A DNA stretch of 64,000 nucleotides from Octopus sinensis (Eukaryota). This document shows, piece after piece, positions 11,619 through 24,659 of this stretch (position 1 is the stretch's first letter; each line of letters starts with the position of its first letter). The translations under genes were made by a program, and so were the position numbers. The stretch is taken from assembly GCF_006345805.1 (NCBI RefSeq), contig NC_043001.1, positions 27,962,001-28,026,000 on the forward strand, written 5' to 3'. Under the pieces are notes generated by a model, which ran no database searches, was not told where the DNA came from, and saw only the letters and a program-made list of their open reading frames with translations.

Positions 11619-12080
11619 GGCGTAGGAGTGGGTGTGTGGTAAGTAGCTTGCTTACCAACCACATGGTTTCGTGTTCAGTCCCACTGCGTGGCACCTTCGG
11701 CGAGTGTCTTCTATTATAGCCTCGGGCCGACCAAATTTGTGAGTGGATTTGGCAGACGGAAACTGAAAGAAACCCGTCGTATGTATGTATGTATGTATGT
11801 ATGTATGTATGTATGTATGTATGTATGTATGTATGTATGTATGTATGTATGTATGTATGTGTGTGTGTGTGTGTGTGTGTGTTTGTGTGTCTGTGTTTGT
11901 CCCCCCAACATCGCTTGACAACCGATGCTGGTGTGTTTACGTCTCCGTAACTTAGCGGATCGGCAAAAGATAGAATAAGTACTACGCTTACAAAGAATAA
12001 GTCCTGGGGTCAATTTGCTCGACTAAAGGCGGTGTTCCAGCATGGCCACAGTCAAATGACTGAAACAAGTAAAAGAGTAA
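11619..12080 (+). mobile_element. tRNA-derived SINE family M, full length, with internal (TATG)n(TG)n microsatellite
   Basis: Head GGCGTAGGAGTGG..GTGTGGTAAGTAGCTTGC...GTTCAGTCCCACTGCGTGGCACC; 3' end CAGTCAAATGACTGAAACAAGTAAAAGAG. Further copies at 18481, 26246 and 29096. Confidence 0.88.
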
Positions 12081-12099
12081 ATTAATGCTTTTTGAATAA

Positions 12100-12365
12100 T
12101 TCGGCTTCATCATCTGGTCGACCTTGCTCGGACATTGTAAACCCACACATCACATCTCAGTCCTGCATTATTTGAATGAGGTCTTCGGATTGGAATCCAG
12201 TGTCTCTGGTGAGCTGATCTACCTACGTTATGTTTAGACGTCCTATCAAGTACAGCCATGCTTTAGCATCCATAACAGGCAGGTCAATAGGCAGCTCTTG
12301 TTTAGCTCGCCAACAATATCCCAAAAAGCGCAAACACCTCTCCCTTACAATAGTAGAAACAAGTA
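12100..12365 (-). mobile_element. RTE-clade LINE 3' coding remnant
   Basis: The minus strand translates across frameshifts and stops as ERCLRFLGYCWRAKQE ... T*VDQLTRDTGFQSEDLIQIMQD*, matching the RTE C-terminal pattern RL.F.GHC.R...TY.DQL..DTG...L...M.DR. Confidence 0.65.
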
Positions 12366-12489
12366 GGAAATCTCCATGCAGTTTTTCCTGGTTATTTAAT
12401 GAACTAAATACTATTGACTGTAGAAATACCTAAATAATAAATATTATTCATTTCTTCTTTTTTATATTTTGGTTTATTACGAAACATTG

Positions 12490-12825
12490 CTGAGATGCCC
12501 TTCGGTCATGACTAACCGTGGGATTGCACCTAGAAAGTTACCCTCCCAGGCACAAGTCCAGGCAAGGTTGTTTATGGAAGACCAGTAGTCGCCTATGCAT
12601 ACCGGCCTCCCCTCTCCACGCTACCAGTGTTATCCAAGGGAAAAGCAAATTCCTATACAGCTTGACATCTGTGACGTCGCAACTCATTTCTACAGCTGAG
12701 TGAAATGGAGCAACGTGAAATAAAGTGTCTTGCTCGAGAACACAACACGCAGCCCGGTCCGGGATTCGAACTCACAACGTCACGATCGTAAGCTCGACGC
12801 TCTAACCACTGAGTCATGCGCCTTC
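12490..12825 (-). mobile_element. tRNA-derived SINE family C
   Basis: The minus strand reads GGCGCATGACTCAGTGGTTAGAGCGTC...GAGTTCGAATCCCGGACCGGG (A and B boxes), followed by TTGTGTTCTCGAGCAAGACACTTTATTTCACGTTGCTCC, shared with 51420-51668. Confidence 0.85.
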
Positions 12826-13164
12826 ATACAAAACATAAATACTCTATTTTACAGGATGACAGGAAAAGATCTAATGCACTTATCTATCTCATGAATATGA
12901 GCTGTATAAAGGAAATGAAGCGACTTCAAGTTAGAATTGAGTCGGCTTTCAGTTTTGATTCTAGAAATCTCTCTACTACCTAAAATAACCTATGATACTT
13001 CAGGTAGTAAGCAAGCAAGGACGCCTTTATACTCTCGATCGACTTGCTAGAATTAGCATCAAAACCGCATTCAAATCACTGTCTATCATCATAATTAACG
13101 CATTAGATAATGCAGTCTTCCGCCCGCCCAGAATATAATAGGACATCATAGGTATGAACGTGAA

Positions 13165-13320
13165 GATGTGCAGACCAGTGGTTAAGATTTTGGGCCTATG
13201 AATGTTAGGCCGTGGGTTCTACTTTAGTTTGTGTACTTTATTGTGGTGCTATATTGTGTACAGGAAGGTACTTTATTTCACGTCGCACTATTACACTCAG
13301 CTGCAAATGAGTACAGCAAC
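13165..13320 (+). mobile_element. Degenerate SINE family C-like copy
   Basis: GTGGTTAAG...ACTTTATTTCACGTCGCAC..CACTCAGCTGCAAATGAGTAC matches the family C core. Confidence 0.5.
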
Positions 13321-13321
13321 G

Positions 13322-13500
13322 GAGTGGAGGCGCAATGGCCCAGTAGTTAGGGCAGCGGAATTGCGGTCGTAAGAACACGGTTTCGTTTCCCAGACCAGGC
13401 ATTGTGAGTGTTTATTGAGCAAAAACACCTAAGCTCCACGACACTCAGGTGGTGGTGAACCCCGCTGTACTCTTTCACCACAACTTTCTTTCACTCTTTC
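13322..13500 (+). mobile_element. tRNA-derived SINE family D
   Basis: GTGGAGGCGCAATGGCCCAGTAGTTAGGGCAGCGG...AGACCAGGC..TGTGAGTGTTTATTGAGCAAAAACACCTAAGCTCCACG is shared with 38125-38280. Confidence 0.75.
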
Positions 13501-13794
13501 TTCCTACTCCTTCCACAAAGCAGAGGGACCATGGTGTACCCACTTTGGTGTGTAAACTTTCAGACCCTCGGCTAGATTGCGAATCTTCTGTACCCCAGGA
13601 TGATTCAGCTCTCCACCTGTTAAAAGCCACCGTTTACGGAATGATGATAACAACGTAGCCTACGCGCCCGTGCAACCGCCAGTCTATCACGAGTGGTAGG
13701 TGGATCTTCAAGTTGCCACACGCATTCTTAGTAGCTTAGAGCAGGCTCGAATTAGAGATTGTACTTTGTGGCTAATGGCGTGAGTCCTGGTTAG

Positions 13795-13845
13795 AAGAAG
13801 AAGAAGAAGAAGAAGAAGAAGAAGAAGAAGAAGAAGAAGAAGAAA
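13795..13845. repeat. (AAG)n trinucleotide array
   Basis: Read directly from the sequence. Confidence 0.95.
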
Positions 13846-13918
13846 ACAATGGACGAGGTCCACGTTTAGTGGGTGGAGCGAAGCTTGTACTATAAGTCTA
13901 AATGCTTTAAGATCGGAA

Positions 13919-13958
<40 letters not shown>

Positions 13959-15580
13959 GTGTGAGTAAGAGAGAATGCTGGTAGGAGGGATGGAGGGAAG
14001 GCTAGAAGACTTAACTCCAATGCAGGATTAGTAATATATTTATCACCACTGAAACGATAAAAGAAAGACCAGCTTGACTTCCGTAGTGGTTGAACGCAAA
14101 GTGAAGAGAACCAAAATAAATACTGCAAGGCAGTCTTTCCAAGGACAGCCATACAACACTTCTACAGATCCTGAAACTGCTTACAGTACTACTTCTTATT
14201 TCACAGCTAGATGAACGAAAGGGGAGATAAGTGCTTGGGTCCAAAACAGACCGCATCTGCAGTAGAACGCAATCGGCCAGCAAAACGTTTGTGGTTTGTA
14301 TTTGCATGTTGGCAATTAAATAAAAGTCGGCTATCACACAGCTACGATACGAAGTATAATAACTTATCGCCGAGTAGAACTAAATTCAATGGTCTTATAG
14401 ACACGCTACATTGAAGGATCAAATTCCATATCGATTTCAGAAGTGGTAATTGATAGGAAGATCTAGCTAGCATAGATTTCACTCCAGTAGAGAGACAGCT
14501 TGTTTAGAAAAGTGTGCCAGCCAAGGATATTATTGCGGAAGCGTTGCTTTCCAAAGGAAATGACCGCTCCAGTGTTTTTGTTGTTGTTGTTAGTGGTAGC
14601 AGTGGTGGTGATGATGATGGAGGTAGTTTTCAAGATGAAACAGATTTATCACTGCTAGTTGCTAATGGATCGTCAAGCAAATTCAGCGCCAAGTTTTATA
14701 AATCAAGGTGTTTTATATGTGAAGAAGAAATAATGTGTAATGCAATCTAGTTACAAATATAGATGATGTCTTGCTCGTGCCAGAAGAAATAAATGGCTTT
14801 TTGGAGCAATTATTTAATCAAAAAGGGCCGGTTCTGTATCAGCGGTTCTATTAAGAATTCTTTTTGAAGAAGAGAAAAAAGAAGAAACATTTTAAAACTG
14901 AGTCGCGCATCTAATCATACCTACAACACACACACGTACGCACACGCACACACACACATACATGTATGTACTTATGTGTTAGTATATATTTATAAATCCA
15001 CGTTTGTTGATGAGATCGTAAATTTATACAATTAGCTGAATGCTATGTATATGGACCGAGTTCTGGTAAATGGTCTTAATAGCGTCAACATCACATTGTA
15101 AGAGAACCAAAAGGATTCGGTATGATCATAACAATTATGACCATGCTGATGCTGATCATAATTGTTCTTGTTACTATTGTTATCATTATATTTGTCAGTG
15201 ACGGTGGCCGTGGCGATAGAAGAATTTGTGTCATAATAATGATGAAAATGATATCTGCTGCACGCTGAATCTCGCATACATTGATCTAAACATACGACAC
15301 CATAATTGCATCTCTATATTCAATCTCTGTAATAAGCCAATTATGTAAAATTAACTCTGAACCCCATTTTGCGTCGTACAACTAATAGATTACACATAGT
15401 TTCTGAAAGCTGTTTATAACTCTCTGTATTTTTTTAAATAAGGAACTAATACATAGTGAACATAGTCATAACAACGGCAAGATACTGTCTGGCTACGTCC
15501 AGACCTCAATATTAGTCAAGTATATAAAGTATTTCGTTTCTGCTGAGGAAGTCCAGTGATTAGTTTGCTGAACATAACTA

Positions 15581-15795
15581 TTGATAATGGTTTCAAATTT
15601 GGACACAAGTAATTTTAGGGGGAATGGGTTAGGCAATTAGATCAACTCCGGTGACCAATTAATACTTATTTTATTGAGATGATGAAAGGAAAAGTTGATT
15701 TTAGTGGTTTTTGAACGCAATATGTAAAGAGCTGGAAGAAATGTCGCTGAACATTTTGACCGATGCTTTAAAGATTGTACGGGCTCACCGCCTTA
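15581..15795 (-). mobile_element. Old degenerate SINE family A monomer
   Basis: GATGAAAGGAAAAGTTGA...GCTCACCGCCTT collinear with family A. Confidence 0.6.
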
Positions 15796-15809
15796 ATCAT
15801 TGATATAAG

Positions 15810-15962
15810 AATCCTTTTAACTATAGGAGCAAGGTCTGAAATTATGGATGATGGGGCTAGTCGATCGCATAAACCTCATTACTTAACTGGTACTATTTTA
15901 TCGATTCCAGAAGAATGAAATGCAAAGTTGAACTCTGCAGAATTTGGACTCAGAACGTAAAC
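15810..15962 (-). mobile_element. SINE family A, 5'-truncated
   Basis: AACTGGTACTATTTTATCGATTCCAGAAGAATGAAATGCAAAGTTGAAC...ACTCAGAACGTAA. Confidence 0.7.
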
Positions 15963-16007
15963 CTCAGGATGGTATCCCTGCTAATTAAATTAGCATGTCA
16001 TACCTTT

Positions 16008-16081
<74 letters not shown>

Positions 16082-16084
<3 letters not shown>

Positions 16085-16215
16085 CCTCTCTACTGGAAGC
16101 ACAAGGCCTCAAATTTAGGGGAAAGGATTAAATCGATTACATCGACTCCAGCGCGTAACTGGTACTTGTTTAATCGACTCCGAAAAGATGAAAGGCAAAG
16201 CCGACCTTGGTGGAA
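16082..16215 (-). mobile_element. SINE family A 3' half between two (TAA)n arrays
   Basis: AAGCACAAGGCCTCAAATTTAGGGGAAAGGATTAAATCGATTACATCGAC...GAAAGGCAAAGCCGACC, with (TAA)n at ~16010-16082 and ~16213-16281. Confidence 0.85.
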
Positions 16216-16229
16216 TAATAATAATAATA

Positions 16230-16281
<52 letters not shown>

Positions 16282-16283
<2 letters not shown>

Positions 16284-17310
16284 TTTCCTTTATTTGCCAC
16301 AAGGGCGAAGGTGGACAATACAAAAAGTGTTGGGGTTTAGTAAGTATACACAGTATACACTGAAAAAGTGTATATATACACAAGATACACAAATTGAAAA
16401 AAAAAGTGGCGAGGAGGATGAGAGAGATGTTGTTCTCCTGATACAGGAAAGCCTGTAGGGATAATCGAGAAACCCCGCTGTCCGAGATTTCCCTGAAACA
16501 CCAAGCGCAAGTGCCCTCTCCAATTGCTTCGCTCCGACTCACAGGTCTACACTTAGGGAGGTACCATCCACTATTGCCCTTTCAGCAACTTTCACCCACC
16601 TTTCAGTAAACTCATTCGAGGACTGCACTTCACACTCCACTCTCAATTCCTTTTCAAGTAAAACTTTAAGAAGTCAATGAGAGCTCTACCAAAGCGGAAT
16701 GTATCTGTCCTCATGCATTTCAGCCTTTTCCACCAAACAACCTCTTTCGCCACAGCCACCAGGCAAAGAAAAACTGCTTTGCCTGTCCGATTGAAGGAGG
16801 CGGTGGGGCGATCATCACTACCGACTCGACCGACAGACGGATCCGTCCCACACGTGACAGTAAATGTTCGATATAACCCCACAAGTCAGCACTGCCCGGA
16901 TACTGAACGAGGGCATGCAGAATAGTTTCGTCACTCTGCGCGCACCTCAGACAAGCCCGTCTGACAGCACATCTATGCCTGTAGAGTTTATCTCGAACTG
17001 GTAATGCCCCCAATTCCCGGTAGCACTGCCAGGTCAAGGATATCTGGAAAATATCCATGATAGTTCCCGACCGGAAAGTCCTCCTGAACAGACTAGCCAG
17101 TTCGCTCTCGTCGGCGCCCAGAGTCTCCCCCGAGAAAGTCGTCGCAACTCCCCGCCACAAATCCTTTATAAATTACTAAAACGGGACATCCACCGATCCG
17201 ATTACCCGACTTATAGAGGGATGTAGGAGCCTGACAACATCCTAGATGCCAGGCGCCTATGCTCGGTCTTTTCTTAGCCCAGGACCTCAGCCCTGTAAAG
17301 GAGACGAAAT
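16282..17310 (-). mobile_element. Tx1/L1-like non-LTR retrotransposon, 5'-truncated (zf-RVT region, ORF2 C-terminus, 3' UTR, (ATT)n tail)
   Basis: LPVRDKLYRH..CLRC..DETILHALVQYP...LW is zf-RVT-like (C..C..ET..H). After a frameshift: FLCLVAVAKEVVWWKRLK...LIDFLKFYLKR, then ERWVKVAERAIVDGTSLSVDL*. The 3' end reads GCCCTTGTGGCAAATAAAGGAAATC(ATT)n. Confidence 0.8.
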
Positions 17311-17811
17311 AAACTTTTGGAGTTGGAGTTTAGTCGATCGATTACAATGAATCCAGGACTTTATTTAATTGACCTGATGGATATATATATATCTGAAGCA
17401 AATAATTAACAAAGATTTCCAAGTATTGTATCTCCGGGTATGTCCATGTTACTTATTTGCTCTTTATTCACCTAACTTCGAGCTGGGCGGACACTACCGG
17501 GCTAACTTGGTGTCTCAAAATAAGTACCTAATTCAACTGAATCCTAATTATGTAGGCGTGTGTGTGTTATTTAAAGCACATGAAAGAGAACTATTTTTCC
17601 TTACCTGTTACTTGTCTCTTTTCACCAAATCACATGAGACTGGAAAAAAGAAATATTTCTATTTAGAATATAAACAATAGGAATAACACAAACAGCATTA
17701 TATTATACTTACCCCAGTCAGCTCATAATGCTTTGCTAAACAAACTGTCAGTTACGAATTTTAGACATAGTGCTTATTACATAAGATTGTAATACATGAC
17801 TTATATGCTGA

Positions 17812-17995
17812 TGGAGATGAGTAGTCTAGTGGATAGCGGGGTTGGACTCACAATTGCAGGGTCGTGGGTTCGATTCCTGGACCGGATGGCGCATTTTGTG
17901 CGGGAGCAAAACACCATCACCTTCAGTTGTTTTAGTCTACCCAGCTAAAATTGAGTACCGGCTGGGTGTTGGCGGAGCTCGATCTCTCTCCCCAG
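17812..17995 (+). mobile_element. tRNA-derived SINE (family C/D-like)
   Basis: A box TAGTCTAGTGG and B box GGTTCGATTCC, followed by GAGCAAAACAC...CCCAGCTAAAATTGAGTACC. Confidence 0.7.
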
Positions 17996-18179
17996 CTGTG
18001 ATATTATTTCCGATGGGCAGGCCGACAGGGTGTCGCATCTGCGTATGATTACAAAGCTAATTAAAATTATTAGCGAAAGCATGGTGCTGTCTATTGAATC
18101 ATACTCGATTGCGAGCGACGGCTAAGCGCACCCAAGAGTATCCCTAGAAGAGCACTCTTATGTGCCCTTAACCATCACA

Positions 18180-18340
18180 CGCAAGCAGTTTGAGAATTAT
18201 ATTTCAAAAGTTCGTTTCGGAAGTATGTGGTTCCGGGTGTGATTCCACTGTGCATCATTTCGAGCGAGTTGACCAATTCCACTTGAGTGCAAGTTACTTG
18301 ACGGAAACTGTGCAGATGTCTTCCAGCATGCGTGTCAACG
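18180..18340 (+). mobile_element. Degenerate family M-related SINE head
   Basis: ATGTGGTTCCGGGTGTGATTCCACTGTG...GACGGAAACTGTGCAGA, followed by (CA)n. Confidence 0.45.
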
Positions 18341-18376
<36 letters not shown>

Positions 18377-18480
18377 TGCGTGTGCATTTTGCACCGATTT
18401 ACATTGGCGAAGGATGTGAAACTTGCAGCGAAAAGTGACGAACTTCTATTCTTCGAAAGAATCCCTTCTCTCTTTACTAT

Positions 18481-18962
<482 letters not shown>

Positions 18963-21203
18963 ATGTATAGGCGTAGGAGCATGTTTTGTTACCTTGCTTA
19001 TAACGTACCACAAGGATCTATCGTACCGACTGGCTTTGGATTAAGCATACGAATTCAACATTTCTTCCTTGTGGAGCCTTTGAAGAGCCTGTTTTAATTC
19101 CATTTACTGCATTCAACTCTATAAAGTGTGTGACCCTATCAGCGCAAACCGTAAAGGTGGATTTCTGAGAACGCCATTTAAGGCTGCTCTTTTACGCAAC
19201 ATTTCATGTAAATACTTTTACCCGGGAAAATTGCATACTTTCCGAATGCAGGAATTACGAAATGTGTCCGTTTATTTCCTGTCCACTTCATTACAATTAA
19301 CTACGCCATATTTTACTACCGGCCGCTTGCATCGACGACGAACCATTAGAAACCTACAACACTTTCCTCTTTTTCTATGCGCGCACACGCATGCTCGCAT
19401 TTACCTAAATCCGCTCATACACATGCACACATAGAAACAGAAATACAAATAAACATATACAATTGCAAAAAGAGACAAACACGCTGAACGCTAATGAGTG
19501 TTTCCATTGATGTCAGGGCAGATATACCATCCATTAGGATTTTGTTTTGCGTTATCGATCCATCTATTGACCTGCAAACTAACAAAGACTAAAGAGATTT
19601 TTCCGCTCTGAATCGATAAAATTCGTTTATTAGACAATATAATATTTGTTTAATTTGTTGTGTGACAAATTATATAGCTACTCGGCACACAATTCAAATA
19701 TTCGATCCCGGGGCGTGACATGTGCCAAAAGGAAGACAACAGATTGAAGAAGGAAAAACAAACACTAGATTGCTATAACTCTATGTGATTAAAGGTAATT
19801 ACTATAGTATAACAATTGCGCACTATGTGATTACCTTTGGTGTTTGTAGTCAGTGTTTATTTGTTGCTCATATTTGAACGCATGGCTGTTCGCGCCTTAG
19901 TGGTGGACAACGAGTAAATGCACCATCTGGTAAATCATATTATGTTAGGAGGAACAAAATGTGAGAAATGATACTGTATCAGGAATGAAACTATATATAA
20001 AAAAAAGTAACACTACGTGATGAATAATATGTGAAATACACATCAGCAATATTGTATTCCACGCAGAAACTGTAGGACCTATTTTAAGATATGCAAGCTT
20101 ATAACATTCCAGGTACATATACAAAATTATATCAAATAAATACCGACGAAAATGTACGAGATCCTTGATGTCTATATTCTGTTTCTTGATGAAGTACTAC
20201 GATCAAATCCTGCTAAAAAAACACCATTCAGTTATTCTGTCTTTTGATGAAGAGCGTACACCCGAAATATTGAGCACTATTTTGTTTTTTTTACCTTATG
20301 GCGCAATGAAATTTGCTTGTATAGTTATTTTTGTTTCTGAGATCGTTTGATTTATATTCCAAATACACCGAGGTGATTGTTGTTTCCAGGTTAGTCCTCT
20401 CTGAAGTTATATTAATATATCACTAAAATTTCTGTTTTGTAGAACCCTATACATATCTGTATTCGTATGTCTGGGAATATGTGTTTACATGTATACAAAA
20501 AAGAAAAGGAAAAGAAATATAACTAAAAAGATGTGGTATGCATATAATCGGAACTTTAAGACAGCAGGACCTTCTTTTAATAAAGAATTGAACCTCCCAC
20601 GAGAAAGAATTGACAAAATCACTAAACAATTCAGAAAATACGTACGATTCAATTTAAGCAAACAAAACCACTCACTTCGCACACTTTCACACATATACTC
20701 ACACACTCACACGAGAATAATGGTAAACAATCTGTCTCACTCAGTCAGACACACACATGAACGCACATACACACATATGCATGCATTCTCTGCACGCTCG
20801 TTCACACTACCCATACGTTGAATGATTAAAGCAAAGGGTTGTGCATTTTAGTTTTAAATTTGCAATTTCAGACATTGTATGATTCCGGAAAGGAAGTGGT
20901 TAGAAAAATAAAAAGAGTGCCAACAAAACAACAAGCTAGCATATCGTCGTCGTCGTCGTCGTTGTCGTCATCATCATCATCACCACCTCCGTCAATGCAT
21001 GCAAAAATTGCTGTCAAATTCAAATCCAAGAAGAAGAATTGGCTTAAGTATGTTAGCATTCAACAAGCAGGGACCTCTTCGTGACGAGAAGCAGTCGACA
21101 AGCATGGAGAAAGAAAGAGGAATGATAGTTAATTGGCTTTATTTGGATATCTTTTGAGATCCAAGGTAAATACAATTGAATAGCAACAGAAGGGAGAAGG
21201 GAG

Positions 21204-21237
<34 letters not shown>

Positions 21238-22732
21238 GAATGACAATGAAAAATGCGAAAAGAAAAAAAAGTAAAGTGAGCGGGAAAATAAAATGAACTG
21301 GAAATGAAAGTGAAAGTAAAGCTTTATAAGTCAGTGATGTGAGTATGAGTGGAAGTAAGCAGGTAACGGGCGATCAACTGGTGCTTCTAGCTTAAAAAAA
21401 CAGTATAAACATAAACGGAGGGAAAATGTCTCTTTAAAAAGGGGAATTAAACCAGAAAAAGAAAGCAGGCAAAATTATTTGAGCGGAAGTCTTGACCTAT
21501 ACATGGCATTTAATGTTAAAAGATTTTAAAGAAAGATAGAAAATGATGGCTAATGTGTGTGCGGTTAGAGATTGAGAAACTGACCTAGGTGCATGTGTGA
21601 ATGCTTGCAAACACGTCCGCATATATGTGTGCGCATGTATATTATGTGCATGTGTATTATGATGCAAGTTTATGTGCGTGAAGATGTATTACGTATGTGA
21701 AGAATGATCAATAGATATTGAAAGAGGGGGAATATATAGAGGGGTAATTATGAATATTAAATATTTATAACCACTCCTTTATAAAATATAGACAAGTAGG
21801 TTTGTAGAGAAGGCTTATTATAAATATTAGAGGTGGCTAATTATGAATATTATAATCAGCCTTCTATACATATTGATATGCAGGCAGTGTATAGAGGGCT
21901 GATTAGGAATATTAAATACATGACAAGAGGCAATAAGCCTGGAGTTTTGTATTCTAAGTACAAAAAAACAGAGCCTCACATATGTAATATGTTGAGTTAA
22001 ATGATTTCGGTCCATAAAAAAACATCTCCAAGTAATTCGCAGACAAAAATAAAAGGAGTCTTTTCCTCTTTGGGTGTTTAAAGACTATTTTAAATTGTTT
22101 ATATCGTATAAAGAATTAGACCAATTGATCTTATTGGAGTTATCAGTGTTATATGTTGTTGTTTCTAAAATTTAAACCCTTCCAAAATGTTCTTTTTTAA
22201 AATGTAGGATAGTATCTGTTCAACGAAGTTTTCGTAACTCACTGTATTACACTTTCGTATTCCAGTTAACGGTACAAGGAGACATACAACCATAAACTCA
22301 CAGACCATAATAATCATGAAAACGTCCGACAACAATACCATCACCGCAATCACCACAGCCACGACGACGACGACGACCACCACCACCACCACCACAACCA
22401 CCACCATCTTCCTCCACATTGCCGCCGCCGCCGGCTCAGTTCCATCGACAACCAGATAGCATTAGACTCTAATAGAATTGGCTGAATTGAGTGATTTTGA
22501 AGGAGATCAATGACTCTTTATGGAGACCGGAAGTATTTCTTATCCTCAAAATGTCAGCGTCTTTATCGGAATGTTGTTTGGAGATGAAGCACTCTTAACT
22601 AAATTCCTAATACAAATATAGCAACCTTTCATGTCTTTTCTGTTTTTTGTTTTGTTTTGTTTTACTTTTTAAAGAAAATGGTTTGACTGAAATCTCCTAA
22701 TTGTTGTGACTTTGTGATGTAAACTTATCTGT

Positions 22733-22754
22733 ATGTGTGAATGTATATATACAT

Positions 22755-22844
<90 letters not shown>

Positions 22845-23070
22845 ATATATATGTATATGTATATATATATGTATGCATGTATATATACATATATATATAT
22901 ACATATATATATGTATGTATGTATGTACGTATGTATGAATGTATATATATATCCATACAAAAATATAGACACGCACATTTATATATATAATGTATCTACG
23001 TACGCACGTATTTATGTATGTATGTATGCATGTATGTATGTATGTAAGTATGTATGTATGTATGTATGTA
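22733..23070. repeat. (TA)n/(TATG)n compound microsatellite
   Basis: Read directly from the sequence. Confidence 0.95.
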
Positions 23071-24353
23071 TTTTCGATCCTCTTTACATTTTGATGATCC
23101 GTGTATTATATTTTATTGCTCGGAAGATATGGCGTACTAATATCGTATATTGCTAGATGTTCAATGTTCATTGACAGGGTTACTTAGTGACGTGTATACT
23201 AATAAGTAAACTTACATGACTGCACATTGCCAGATCAAGCGAATATTTCAAAAGGTCAAGTATCAAGTTCCTGATTACGACTAAACGTTAAATTCGCAAT
23301 ATGACATTTGACAGGCCATTCCAATTCTCGTGCACGATCTACTTTCACTATTCCTACAAAACAGCCGTATAGCGCCGAATACGTCGCAATCTCGAATGTT
23401 TGTGCTCTTTCCCCCAACACGAATTTACAAATTCAATTTAGCCCCATTTTTCTCTCTATCTGTCTCTCCTTTTCTTTCTCAGCATAAGATTATTCAGCTT
23501 AAGATTATTCGAGTGCTCTCCCTTGAATGCTGTTATTCTTATTTTACGCCATTGATTTCTTTGCTTTAGATCAACATCCCGGAGGATATTCGGGTTTCAT
23601 ATGAAATACTTTCAGAGACATAATACAGTCTTGAATAGAATAACTTTCCTACGTTCCCGTGAAGGCAACCTGAACAGATTTTCAGCTAAGCATTTCCCTG
23701 CGAGGTTATTTTTCTATATGTCTTTATGAATAAAATAACAATAACGAAAGATAAGTGGTTTTCATTTAGATTCCTTCCTATTTTATTATTGTCTGTTTGT
23801 TCTATTTATTGAATTTGTTTTGTGTAAGGCGATCGTTTGCTAAATCATTTAAAACACTCTATTCTGGCCTCGAGCCAATTCAAACTTTATACGTAACATT
23901 TAATCGATCAACAGTTATTTGATGGTGTATCTGATAAACGAACATTTCCCGATAAACGAATATTAACGTTTTCTTCATAGAGACACTATGAGATATTTCA
24001 AAATAATGATTCTTTCTTAGTGCTTACATTTTTATTCTTATGTTGTCGTCCTGATATCGTATCTATATTTTTGAAATGTGTTAGCATAACTGTAGTTTGT
24101 GAGCATTTTCACCGTACTTCCAACACGGTTTCGAACTTGAAAGTCTTTGGTTATTTGCTCATATTTAGTTCCAGCACATTATATATACATACTTCAATGC
24201 TCCAACATCTCATTTCTTCAATATATCGGCAAATACTAAGCCGTCTCTCTCTGTCCATTTATCCATCCATCCATCCATCCATCCATCCATCCATCCATCC
24301 ATCCACCGATCCATATATAAATGTGCATAAGTACGCACGTATACACATACACA

Positions 24354-24418
<65 letters not shown>

Positions 24419-24659
24419 CCTATTGTATTTTTATAATTAAATATTATTAGGACTTGTATAAAAATTGTTGAAATAGTTTGTGCATTTTGGATGTAAAACC
24501 AATGAAAACTTACCGTGAACTCCTAATTTACTATACTGCTTCCGTAGACCCCTAAAATCATATATAGATACCCAGGGTCAACAGAAACCGTTTTTTATAA
24601 GGCTAAATAACTGTTTTTGTTTTCTATTTTAATGTGAGTCTTCCTTCTTCCTACCTTTA

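Noticed and set aside
12755-12825. tRNA-like sequences (also 17812-17885, 38205-38282, 51600-51668)
   Set aside because: A and B boxes are present, but acceptor and anticodon stems do not close properly and each runs into a shared SINE body. These are SINE heads, not tRNA genes.
14011-14337. 108-aa minus-strand ORF in non-repetitive sequence
   Set aside because: Only a faint likeness to an RTE C-terminus (ERLP..IYFG.L). Neither a LINE nor an exon could be supported.
23214-23268. Possible minus-strand micro-exons here and at ~29890-29935
   Set aside because: Donor-like sites exist, but acceptors or donors are weak. Such matches are expected by chance in 64 kb of AT-rich DNA.
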